64,000 bases of DNA from Octopus sinensis (taxonomy: Eukaryota): assembly GCF_006345805.1 (NCBI RefSeq), contig NC_043003.1, positions 82,336,001 through 82,400,000 on the forward strand, written 5' to 3'. The position numbers and the translations under genes are program-made. Positions 1 through 12,186 of the stretch are shown one piece after another. Within the stretch, counting starts at the first letter, position 1. Each line of letters opens with the position of its first letter. The notes under the pieces are model-generated. The model worked only from the letters and a program-made list of their open reading frames with translations. It ran no database searches and was not told where the DNA came from.

Positions 1-36
1 CAAAGTGGGGTTGTAGGGTACCGCACGAGTGGAATA

Positions 37-800
37 ATATACGAAAGAAGTTTTGAAAATGCAATTTTAAAATATTTTTATTTACTTTACCGGTTTCACT
101 CTTTGGAAAAAGTTTGTCAAAAGTAACATGTAAAAGTTTGGTTGTGTTAATTATTGGTTGTTACAATATGCTACATTACATTTATACAGTCTCTGGTAAC
201 AAGAACATGTTAAGGACATAAAAAAGTTTAACAAGTCCCTTAAAATATTGGGCACAAAAGATTGTAACATAAATATACATTCTCAAGAAACTGTTAAAGA
301 TAGTTTCCAGAAGGAATTATTAAAAAGTTCAGTGGGATATTGGTATAGTATCTGTATATTCAAATACGCACAGAATATTGGTTGTCACAGAGCACTACAA
401 TATATATATATATACATTCTTTGGTAACAAGAGCATGTTAAGAACATAAAAAAGTTTAACAAGTTCATTGAAATATTGGGCACAGATACAATACCAATAT
501 CTCACTGAACGTTTTAATAATTCCTTCTGAAAACTATCTATAACATTTTCTTGATAATGTATATTTATGTTATAATCTTTTGTGCCCAATATTTTAAGGG
601 ACTTGTTAAACTTTCTTATGTCCTTAATATGTTCTTGTTACCAGAGACTGTATAAATGTAATGTAGCATATTGTAACAACCAATAATTAACACAACCAAA
701 CTTTTACATGTTACTTTTGACAATCTTTTTCCAAAGAGTGAAACCGGTAAAGTAAATAAACATCTTTTAAAATTGCATTTTCAAACCTTATTTCGTATAT
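37..800. repeat. Imperfect inverted repeat (fold-back), arms ~37-355 and ~482-800
   Basis: ATATACGAAA...GTATCTGT (37-355) is reverse-complementary to ACAGATAC...TTTCGTATAT (482-800) with scattered mismatches. The spacer holds a direct copy (422-484) of arm segment 194-256. Confidence 0.9.
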
Positions 801-865
801 ATATATATATATATACATCTTTGTATGTATGTATATATATATATACACACATCTTTGTATGTATG

Positions 866-909
<44 letters not shown>

Positions 910-918
910 TAGATAGAT

Positions 919-957
<39 letters not shown>

Positions 958-2354
958 TATGTATACATATATATATACATACATACATATATATATATAT
1001 ATACATGCATATGGGTACAGGACATCATGCTCGAGAACAGGACAAGTAAGGAAAGAGAAAAAACCTTTCATCAGTTGTATGCTATCTACTCCTCCTTTCG
1101 GGCATCCGGTGACCATATGAGTCTTCAAAGACATTTGCTCCCATAAATTCTAAAATAAAATTTAAGATTTATGGAGGGTCAAAGCTAGGAACAAAAACAT
1201 GACAGTGGAGACAAACAAGGAATCCGAACGAAAACTAACATGGAGGGACGTTAAACCAAAACGAGAGAAAAAATAGTGAACGTTGTGAGAAATACTTTTT
1301 TAACAGGGGAAAGATATAAAAGAGAGAGAAAAATGTCCGCTCTTCTGAACATCTGTGCAAGAAAAGAAAGAGGGTGAAATGAGTAAAAGAAAGATGGACA
1401 TTGGTCTCGTGTGAGCAACAAGATGAGAAAAAGAGAAAGGAGGAAGAAACAGGCGGACAGATAGAAAACGTTGAAGCAGGGAGGCAGAGAAAAAGAGAAT
1501 TAGAGAAGAATGAAGAAAGAAAATAGTAGAGAGAAGAGGGTCACGTCAAAAATGTGATTATAAACTTACTTGGAAATGGAGTCTTTCAAGACTCATATTG
1601 TTCTTGAAAGCTCAAAATGAGTAGTAGATATGTAGGGTCCCTGATGAAGGGTACTTTCTCTGGATTTACTTGTCCAGTTCTCCATTGTTTTCTCGTTGCT
1701 TACGTATTTCACGTTGTTTGAACCGTTGGTGACTCCTGTACCTACATATGCATGTGCACGCCAATATATACAGATCAAACTTTGGGATTCTTCCAGGAAT
1801 GACATTTGTATGAAAGAACAGGTGCAGAGTCTAAAAGTTCACAACAGCTGTTTCAGCATGTTTTATTAATGAATACTTTGATTACTTCGCTTACATCATC
1901 CAAAAATATCTGCCCATATCATGTAATTTTAAACAAATAATCATATAGACAAGTCGAGGCTTATAATTGATGAGCTTGCTAAATGGTTATCATAATTATT
2001 TATGGGTCCAGTGGGGGCCAGAGAAGATATTCTAAAATAACTTAGGAAAAAAAATAAAGATGAACTGAGAAAATTTATCTTCCCAAACATACCCTAGTAC
2101 GTATGTGCATATTTTGAGGGGATGTATGAATGTGTATGTATGCGTGTATGTATGTGTGTGTGTATTGGCTTATATGAGTAGAACTTTGAACGACGAATGC
2201 ATGTATTGTGGAAATACATACGTCTGTATATAAATATATATGTATATACGTATAAGCTAAATCCATTTGTATATGTGTGTGTTTGTGGATACGTGTAGGA
2301 ATTTGTGTATATGCATGCGTGGATTAATATTGATGCACATATGTATGTATATAT

Positions 2355-2554
2355 ATTGTTGTATTTCGGAATGGTCATTTTGCCAGTTTAGCCAATAAAA
2401 ACACACGCACTATATATTTGGTGTTACTTTGCTTCAGTGTTATTTATTTTTTACATTAATCTTAAGCTTATTTCGGCCAGAGTTCTTTCGTCACACTCCT
2501 GCGTGTGTTTTTGTTGGCTAAACTAGCAAAATGACCATTCCGAAATACAACAAT
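2355..2554. repeat. Short inverted repeat, 55-bp arms (2355-2409 / 2500-2554); duplicated at ~4541-4740
   Basis: ATTGTTGTATTTCGGAATGGTCATTTTGCCAGTTTAGCCAATAAAAACACACGCA pairs with the reverse complement of 2500-2554 with ~2 mismatches. Confidence 0.85.
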
Positions 2555-2721
2555 GTCTGTTTCAACACAATGACTTCACATATAAAATCTTGCACAACAA
2601 ATATATAACGTAATATATATATATATATATAATATAATTAGAGACAAAACCACTATTTTGCAAAACAAACAACGAAAGACTTAATCAATACATAAAATTT
2701 TAATAAAAAGTCAAAAAACCG

Positions 2722-2765
2722 CCACTACAAATTGTTTCTTGTCCTGATCGACAATCTTCAGGTGG
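2722..2765 (-). ncRNA. Type I hammerhead ribozyme motif (antisense arm of palindrome)
   Basis: Exact reverse complement of 2822-2865. Confidence 0.7.
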
Positions 2766-2821
2766 ACTTCCAATTTTCAAGTCAGTTCAAATTAATTGAA
2801 ACTGACTTGAAAATTGGAAGT

Positions 2822-2865
2822 CCACCTGAAGATTGTCGATCAGGACAAGAAACAATTTGTAGTGG
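2822..2865 (+). ncRNA. Type I hammerhead ribozyme motif (PLE-type)
   Basis: CCAC-CTGAAGA-TTGTC(GATCAG)GACAA-GAAA-C(AATTT)GTA-GTGG: stem I CCAC/GTGG, core CUGAAGA and GAAA, 5-bp stem II, GUA cleavage triplet. Confidence 0.7.
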
Positions 2866-3049
2866 CGGTTTTTTTGACTTTTTATTAAAATTTTATGTAT
2901 TGATTAAGTCTTACCTTGTTTGTTTCGCAAAATAGTGGTTTTGTCTCTAATTATATTATATAATATGTTACTATAAAAATTGGATTTAATCCTAAATCTG
3001 ATTTTTTTTCCCTGTAAATTTGGATTTATTCCCTAATATTTATTATTAT

Positions 3050-3146
<97 letters not shown>

Positions 3147-3163
3147 TATGTATACATATATAT

Positions 3164-3194
<31 letters not shown>

Positions 3195-4818
3195 CATGCA
3201 TATATGGGTACAGGACATCATGCTCGAGAACAGGACAAGTAAGGAAAGAGAAAAAACCTTTCATCAGTTGTATGCTATCTACTCCTCCTTTCGGGCATCC
3301 GGTGACCATATGAGTCTTCAAAGACATTTGCTCCCATAAATTCTAAAATAAAATTTAAGATTTATGGAGGGTCAAAGCTAGGAACAAAAACATGACAGTG
3401 GAGACAAACAAGGAATCCGAACGAAAACTAACATGGAGGGACGTTAAACCAAAACGAGAGAAAAAATAGTGAACGTTGTGAGAAATACTTTTTTAACAGG
3501 GGAAAGATATAAAAGAGAGAGAAAAATGTCCGCTCTTCTGAACATCTGTGCAAGAAAAGAAAGAGGGTGAAATGAGTAAAAGAAAGATGGACATTGGTCT
3601 CGTGTGAGCAACAAGATGAGAAAAAGAGAAAGGAGGAAGAAACAGGCGGACAGATAGAAAACGTTGAAGCAGGGAGGCAGAGAAAAAGAGAATTAGAGAA
3701 GAATGAAGAAAGAAAATAGTAGAGAGAAGAGGGTCACGTCAAAAATGTGATTATAAACTTACTTGGAATGGAGTCTTTCAAGACTCATATTGTTCTTGAA
3801 AGCTCAAAATGAGTAGTAGATATGTAGGGTCCCTGATGAGGGTACTTTCTCTGGATTTACTTGTCCAGTTCTCCATTGTTTTCTCGTTGCTTACGTATTT
3901 CACGTTGTTTGAACCGTTGGTGACTCCTGTACCTACATATGCATGTGCACGCCAATATATACAGATCAAACTTTGGGATTCTTCCAGGAATGACATTTGT
4001 ATGAAAGAACAGGTGCAGAGTCTAAAAGTTCACAACAGCTGTTTCAGCATGTTTTATTAATGAATACTTTGATTACTTCGCTTACATCATCCAAAAATAT
4101 CTGCCCATATCATGTAATTTTAAACAAATAATCATATAGACAAGTCGAGGCTTATAATTGATGAGCTTGCTAAATGGTTATCATAATTATTTATGGTCCA
4201 GTGGGGGCCAGAGAAGATATTCTAAAATAACTTAGGAAAAAAAAAAAGATGAACTGAGAAAATTTATCTTCCCAACATACCCTAGTACGTATGTGCATAT
4301 TTTGAGGGGATGTATGAAGTGTATGTATGCGTGTATGTATGTGTGTGTGTATTGGCTTATATGAGTAGAACTTTGAACGACGAATGCATGTATTGTGGAA
4401 ATACATACGTCTGTATATAAATATATATGTATATACGTATAAGCTAATCCATTTGTATATGTGTGTGTTTGTGGATACGTGTAGGAATTTGTGTATATGC
4501 ATGCGTGGATTAATATTGATGCACATATGTATGTATATATATTGTTGTATTTCGGAATGGTCATTTTGCCAGTTTAGCCAATAAAAACACACGCACTATA
4601 TATTTGGTGTTACTTTGCTTCAGTGTTATTTATTTTTTACATTAATCTTAAGCTTATTTCGGCCAGAGTTCTTTCGTCACACTCCTGCGTGTGTTTTTGT
4701 TGGCTAAACTAGCAAAATGACCATTCCGAAATACAACAATGTCTGTTTCAACACAATGACTTCACATATAAAATCTTGCACAACAAATATATAAACGTAA
4801 TATATATATATATATATA

Positions 4819-5158
4819 ATATATAATATAATTAGAGACAAAACCACTATTTTGCAAAACAAACAACGAAAGACTTAATCAATACATAAAATTTTAATAA
4901 AAAGTCAAAAAACCGCCACTACAAATTGTTTCTTGTCCTGATCGACAATCTTCAGGTGGACTTCCAATTTTCAAGTCAGTTTCAAATTAATTTGAAACTG
5001 ACTTGAAAATTGGAAGTCCACCTGAAGATTGTCGATCAGGACAAGAAACAATTTGTAGTGGCGGTTTTTTTGACTTTTTATTAAAATTTTATGTATTGAT
5101 TAAGTCTTACCTTGTTTGTTTCGCAAAATAGTGGTTTTGTCTCTAATTATATTATATA
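4819..5158. repeat. Second copy of the HHR palindrome (HHR motifs at 4916-4959 minus and 5018-5061 plus)
   Basis: Part of the 2.19-kb tandem duplicate; perfect centre CAGTTTCAAATT|AATTTGAAACTG. Confidence 0.93.
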
Positions 5159-5834
5159 ATATGTTACTATAAAATTGGATTTAATCCTAAATCTGATTTT
5201 TTTTCCCTGTAAATTTGGATTTATTCCCTAATATTTATTATTATTATATATATATATATATATATAAATGGGTATGTAGTATGTAAATGTATATATGTAT
5301 ACGTATATGTGTGTGTTTTTATAAGAATATGTATGTATAAGTATTAATGTATGTGTACATTTAACCATACATATCTGTAAGGATGCCTGTAGGTGCATTT
5401 TAGATTGTTTTGTGTATATGTCTGGGTATATATTAATGCGTTGATAAACTGGTTCGCGCGTATAAGTGTGGTAATGTCCGCACTGATTGTAGTAACGCAT
5501 CTAATTGGATCCAGGATATACAATGACAGTAAAAACTTTAGTTATCTACGGTACGTTTGTGTAGATAGTTCTTCTCAGTTCCTCTTTCTTCTGTTTCCTT
5601 TCCATCTCTAATTATAAGGTGTTTACTATGGTCCCTACTGAACCCATAAATAATTATCATAACGTTCTCTGAAATTTCATAGTTTCTAATCGCTGCCATT
5701 AGTGTTATTGACATGCCCTTAAATTGAACTGCTATATTAGGATATTCACTTGCCTTGCTAAACACTTAGCAAGCTGGTCAATTACAATTCTCTATATAAT
5801 TATATGACTAGTTGTTTAAAAATTCCCCTGATGG

Positions 5835-6345
5835 GAGTAGATTTTTTGCATGAACCGGTCAGTCAAGTGGCGTCCCGTTTGCCTGATGTATAGAAAAGGG
5901 CAGAGAGAGCAGGAGATGCAGGAGATGACATTGGTAGAAGTGCAGGTGAAGGAGTCGGTGATATGATATGGTCGATGATGGGTGCCGGTGAAGAGGGTTG
6001 TGTTGGAGAGGTAAGGGCAAGTGCGGCAGCGTGGGCGGGAGCAGGGGAACAAGCCGGGTTGGGAGATTGGGTTAGCGAAGAAGCTGTGGATCAAGAGGGC
6101 TCGCAGGTTGTGGGCTCATTTGAAGGAGGGGAGGGGTCGATTAGGGAAGATGTGCGAAGTGTAGGGGCCAGATTGGAGTCGCCGGAAAGATCGGAGAATG
6201 GTGCGATGGAGAGGTAGGGTTGTGGGAGTGGTAGGGGAGAGGAAACGGGAGACGGGGGACGGCGTAGCGGGTGAAGATGGAGAGCAGATGCACGGTCCAC
6301 GGAACGTGCTCTGGCAATGGCGATGTGGATAGTGGTGAGGGGATC
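5835..6345 (-). mobile_element. Penelope-like element fragment: RT-EN linker plus N-terminal part of GIY-YIG endonuclease (degenerate)
   Basis: IARARSVDRASAL linker, then FPCSRPRCRTCPY, FTCTSTNVISCISCSLC..LYIRQTGR. About the same sequence as the intact EN at 13930-14575, but frameshifted and 3'-truncated. Confidence 0.88.
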
Positions 6346-6935
6346 AAATCTACTCGCCATACATACACTACGACACTGGACACACACACACTATCACTCA
6401 ACACACACGCTGGCACGTTACATACGCCCCACCCCTTCCCCTCCCTCCCTTCCTCCTTCCTTCATTTTTTTTTACTACTGACCACTGTCTGCTATGCCTA
6501 CTACTGTTCGCCCTACCTCACACGCCTACACACAGACGCACACACTAACATATACATATATTTTTTGTTTTTTTATCTCGCCTCACACACACATACACAC
6601 GCGCACACGCACACACTCACACATACACACACATCTGTTGCGTTACCAACCCTGTCTCCACTCTTTTAGCTTTAAAAACCTACTTTGCTCTTGTTATCGT
6701 AAACTTCCGCCTTTCACCATGTGTACTTCGTAAACACCAGTCGTTTTTTTTCTCCTCTTGTTGCCCACCTTGGGATCTTTTTTCCTCTCTCTTCCTTCTT
6801 TATGTTCCGACGAAGAGCTCCGCTCGAAACGTCATGCCTTCTGCTTCCATCTTTCCTGAGCCCTATTAATAATAATACTGTAATTGTTCCACGTGTTGTT
6901 GTTTTTTCTGTTTTCCCGTTTGGATTAAAATTATA
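6344..6935 (+). repeat. Penelope pseudo-LTR, 5' copy
   Basis: Direct repeat of 11550-12120 (TCAAATCTACTCGCC...CCCGTTTGGATTAAAATTATA); contains an HHR-like motif. Confidence 0.9.
6807..6833 (+). ncRNA. Minimal HHR-like motif with variant core (CCGACGA)
   Basis: CCGACGA-A-GAGC(TCC)GCTC-GAAACGTC; palindromic ACGT in place of stem III. Stem I is non-canonical. Confidence 0.45.
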
Positions 6936-7253
6936 CCACTGCGCGCCTACACGGACCCCTTGTACCTTGGATACCAATTCCCGGATTTTTGCACCTACGG
7001 ATTATTGTTACCATTCTTCCGGACCCACGGATCACCTGCTACCTTTCTTCCGGAGTACCGCCATTATCGTGATTGGAAATCATTACCTAATCTGTCCGTC
7101 GACTCTCAAATCTCTTTCCTGACTTTTTTTAAATTTTTTCTATTGTTTTCAAACTGTCTTCACCCTTTTTCTTCTTTTGTTGTTTTCCTTTTGTCTCTCC
7201 TTTTTCCTGTTTCGCCACCACCCACCTTAACCTGTTTGCCACACCACTTCTCA

Positions 7254-9470
7254 TCATGCCTGACTTGCACTCGTTCGTCCAACACCTTCAATCCCTCCTT
7301 AGCCGCTACTCGCGTTCTTCCCCCCAATGTTCCGCCCCTCTGCTATAAAACTTTCCCGCTTGCTTTTTAAGAAAACTCGCCATTCAAGCCATCTTTCCTT
7401 CCTTAGCCGTTGCCTCCGCCATCATCACACCCCGCGGTTTCCTCTTGAAGTTCCACGCTACCCCCTATTCCTCCCCTTCATCGAATCCACCCTCGCTCGT
7501 ACCTCCCGCTCCCTCCTCCGCGCCACCATCCGCTCCACCCGCCCCCCCTTGACTCCCTCGACCATCAACTTCCCCAGGCCTACCTCCTCCTCTCCGCCCT
7601 CTGCCCTCCACTCTTCACCCAACCTATGCTCCGCTTCGTTCTTAATCTCAACCACCAACTCTAAAACTACCTCACACACACAAAAAACAAAAAACTCCAC
7701 CTCCTCCTCAACCCCTCACCCCTTCCCCATCCTCCCCCACTGCTCCCCCCTCTTTCGCACCTACCCCCCTTCCACGGACCCCCCCACCGTGACCTTCCTA
7801 CGCCTAACCCATCTTCACCCAACCACCCCTACCCTCCCCTTCACACCCCTGCACGCCCTCTGCCTGCCCATAGTCCTCCCACCACCCCGCTTCCTCGCGC
7901 TGTTGTCACTATACACCCCAACCTCCCCCTCTCCGCCGCCGAGCGCTCTCTCCTCAGTAAGGGTCTCCGCTTCACGCCGCTCACGCGCCACTGTGATGAG
8001 TTCGAGACTCGGGCGGACGTCAACCTGTTCCTGCGCCGCCTCAAACTTTGCGCATACTACCACGCGTCCCCGCAGCGTCACAACAATCAGGATTGCCTTT
8101 TGGAGCTGGGGCGTCGTCCATCCATCTGGACGCCGCCCCCAGCCTTTTCAGTAGCCTAGATTCGTTTGTAAACTGCTGCAACGCTTTGGTCCACCGTTTC
8201 AACTTTGAACCAAGACCCCGCCGAGCCAACCTCACTTGGGCCGAATCCATTGCCCTTCGCCACCTCCGCCGACGTAATGACATTGTCATCAAACCGGCGG
8301 ACAAAGGCGGGGCAGTGGTAGTGTGGCGCGCGGAACTATACAAGGAGGAAGCGCTCAACCAGCTTCAAAATCCCCTCTTCTATCGCCTCCTCCCCTCCGA
8401 TCCCACCTCCTCCTACCAACAGCGAGTGTCCTCCACCATCCGCGACCTCATCTCCTCCTCCGCTCTCCCCCCCCCCCACCGCCACCAACCTCATCGTCCG
8501 CACACCCCGCACCTCCACCATCTACTTCCTTCCCAAGATCCATAAACCCTCTAATCCTGGCCGTCCCATAGTCTCTGCCTGTAATTGCCCCACTGAACTC
8601 ATCTCCCTATACCTCGACCGCATCCTGTCCCCCTTAGTCGCAGCCCTCCCATCCCACATACACGACACCAACCACGCCCTCCGTCTCTTCAATTCCTTTT
8701 CCTTCCCTTCCAGCCCCTCACACCTCCTCTTCACATTAGATGTAAAATCCCTGATCACAGTGATTCCCCACAATGACGGTCTCCTAGCCCTCCAACACTT
8801 CCTCGACCGTCGTCCCGACCCCACCCCTAGCACCCCCACCCTTCTCCGCCTGGCTGAGCTCGTCCTCACCCTCAATTGCTTCACGTTCGCCGGGGAAACG
8901 TACCAACAGGTGTCCGGGGTCGCGATGGGAACTAGGATGGGCCCCTATTTCGCCAATCTCTTTCTTGGCTACATTGAGGCCCAAGTATTCTCCCAGTTCT
9001 CTGGGCCGACCCCCGAACTATACGGTCGCTATATCGACGACTGCATAGGTGCCACCTCCCTTTCCCGTGAACTTCTCTGCCAATTCATCTCTTTCCTTTC
9101 CAACTTTCACCCCTCTCTTCAATTCACCTCCACCATCTCCAACACCTCTGTCAACTTCCTTGACATCTCTCTCCGCATCGATCACCCCTCCAACTCTCTC
9201 ACCACCACCGCCTTCTTTAAACCTAAGGATTCCCACCTCTATCTCATCTTCTCTTCCTCCCACCCCTTCCACACCAAACGAGCCATCCCTACTCCCAGTT
9301 CCTCCGCCTCCGACGTTTGTGCAGCCGCGACCAGGATTTCGAGACCCAATCTCAATACCTGTCCCGCCTGTTCAGACTCCGAGGGTACCCACCCATATTC
9401 CTCTCTGATGCCCTCACCCGCGCTCGTCGCATCGACCGCACCACCGCCCTGTCTCCTTCCCCCGCACACA
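7254..9470 (+). pseudogene. Penelope-like reverse transcriptase ORF, frameshifted, lacking the GIY-YIG domain
   Basis: IVIKPADKGGAVVV (DKG motif), YFLPKIHKPSNPGRPIVS, LDVKSL, QQVSGVAMGTRMGPYFANLF, YGRYIDDC, VNFLDI, HLYLIFSSSHPFHTK. Frameshifts at poly-C tracts (~8475 and others). Ends at LTRARRIDRTTALSPSP. Confidence 0.93.
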
Positions 9471-11280
9471 TACATGTAGGTACACACACATACATACATA
9501 CCCACACATGCACACCCTTACACTGAATGAACACACACATACACCTATTTGCATCCAGGCAGCCCCCCCTCTTTTCTGCTTTCCGGTTTTGGCTGATGGA
9601 TCCTCGGTTCCCGCGTAGCGGGTCGTTCGAGTGCCTTTGCGCTCGAGCGCCTTGGCGCGCGCTGGGGGCTTGGTCGGCCCCATGGGCTTGCGTTGTATTG
9701 TTTGTGTGTTGTGTGCGTGAGCGCGCTTCGTGTGTGTGGGCTTGCTTCGGGTGTGTGCGTGCGTATGTTACATACATACCCACACACTCGCATGCATCCC
9801 TACCCACATACATACACGCACACCTACTCACACACACACATACACACACACACACATACCCGCACACACACACACATACATACATACACACACATACCTA
9901 CTTCAGACATACACACACACAGACATACACCCATACACTCACACTCGCACGCATACACACACACACATACACACGCACACGTACACATACACACACACAC
10001 ACACCTACATACATACATTACACTTGTACACACACACACACTTACATTCATACACACACACACACCTACACAGCCATACCCTCACTCAGACACACACACC
10101 TACCTACACACACACACAAACACACACAGACACACACCCATACATACATACATATACACACACACGCCTACACACATACATACACACATGCATAAACACA
10201 CACACATACCCATACACACACATACGCACACACACATATACTTATACACATGCACACACACACACACATACATACATACACCCATACACATACACACACA
10301 CATACCTACATACTCCTATACGCACATACATACACACAGACATACACACATACACACTCACACAAACATACACACACACATACTTACACACACACTCGCC
10401 TGCACGCGCACACACATGCATGACAAACACCCATACACTCACACTCACATACGCACACACCAACATAAACACGCACACGCACACACACACCTACACTCCC
10501 ACACACATACATACGCACCTACATACACACACGCACGCATACACACGCACACACACGCATACACACATACATTACACACGTACACACACACCTACATACA
10601 CATGCATACACACACACACACAAACATGCACGGACACACCCAGACATACATTCATACACCTATACACACACGCCCACACTCCTACATACACACACATACA
10701 CGGACACACCCTTACATACTTACATACATTCACCTATACACACACGCCTACACACCTACATACACACACATACATACACACACACACATGTACGCACATA
10801 CACACACATATACGCATATACATATATACCCACACACATGCACACACACATACGCACATGCATGCATGCATGCACACGCGCAAACCTACACGCATACATG
10901 CATACATGCATACACACACACACACGCACGTACACATACATACACACACACATACATACACCCATACACATACATGCATCCTACACACACATACATACAC
11001 ACTCACACATACATACACACAAACACACACTCACTCACACACCTGTATGTACGCGCACACACATGCACATACACACACTTCACACCACACCCCACGTACA
11101 TACATACACACTCATACACATACACACACACAACACACACACGGACATACATCTATGCACACACATATTACACACATACTTACATACATTCATCGGACAC
11201 ACTGACACCCAGACATACACACAGACACACTCACACATCCACACACACACATACTTACACACACACTCGCAAGCCCGCGC
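9470..11280. repeat. ~1.8-kb compound (CA)/(CATA)/(CACG) low-complexity tract with a GC-rich insert at ~9550-9770
   Basis: Direct reading; source of the 491-aa and 686-aa His/Thr ORFs. Confidence 0.95.
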
Positions 11281-11549
11281 ATACATGCGCTTGCGCCGGC
11301 TCGCGCACGCATACGCGCATGCATGCACCTCGCTCTTGGACCCGACGAGATCTCCGGCTCGTTTCTGGGGCCGTTGCCTGTCGTTGGGTTCTCCCACGCC
11401 CGTCTCCGCGGGACCACTCTTCCATCTTCCCCTCAGCTGGAGTCCTTTTTCCTTACCCCCCCCTTTTTGTTACACACACGCGCACACATACATACAACCA
11501 CTCACACACACACATTTGCTTAAATATATACATTACTCTTACACACACT

Positions 11550-12111
11550 TCAAATCTACTCGCCATACATACACTACGACACTGGACACACACACACTAC
11601 CACTCAACACACACGCTGGCACGTTACATACGCCCCACCCCTTCCCCTCCCTCCCTTCCTCCTTCGTTCATTTTTTTTACTACTGACCACTGTCTGCTAT
11701 GCCTACTACTGTTCACCCTACCTCACACGCCTACACACAGACGCACACACTAACATATACATATATTTTTTGTTTTTTTATCTCGCCTCACACACACATA
11801 CACACACGCACAAGCACACACTCACACATACAAACACATCTGTTGCGTTACCAAACCAACCCTGTCTCCACTCTTTTGGCTTTAAAAACCTACTTTGCTC
11901 TTGTTATCGTAAACACCAGTCGTTTTTTTTCTCCCTCTTGTTGCCCACCTTGGGATCTTTCTTTCCTCTCTCTTCCTTCTTTATGTTTCCGACGAAGAGC
12001 TCCGCTCGAAACGTCATACCTTCCTGCTTCCATCTTTCCTGAGCGCCTAATTATAATAATACTGTAATTGTTCTACGTGTTGTTTTTTTTTTCTGTTTTC
12101 CCGTTTGGATT

Positions 12112-12120
<9 letters not shown>
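11550..12120 (+). repeat. Penelope pseudo-LTR, 3' copy (HHR-like motif 11989-12015), followed by (TA)n
   Basis: Direct repeat of 6344-6935. Confidence 0.9.

Positions 12121-12186
<66 letters not shown>

Larger units (their letters stand above)
2625..2962. repeat. Near-perfect ~340-bp palindrome carrying an HHR in each arm
   Basis: Centre ...CAAATTAATTG... at ~2793. Arms differ at ~3 substitutions plus a homopolymer shift near the centre. Confidence 0.95.
870..5255 (+). repeat. Tandem direct duplication, unit ~2.19 kb (~870-3058 and ~3059-5255)
   Basis: ATGGGTACAGGACATC at 1011 and 3204; CCCTAATATTTATT at 3031 and 5227. Copies differ mainly by 1-nt homopolymer indels. Confidence 0.95.

Noticed and set aside
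1640-1700. CTGATGA as an HHR core (also 1068 minus, 31504, 31647 minus, 62927)
   Set aside because: No correctly placed stem II-GAAA-stem III-NUH.
5380-5790. Short ORFs 5393-5611 and 5538-5765 as host exons
   Set aside because: No recognisable domain or convincing splice context.
9527-11753. Long His/Thr/Tyr-rich ORFs (222, 491, 686 and 282 aa)
   Set aside because: Translations of (CA)/(CATA) repeats that lack stop codons by composition.
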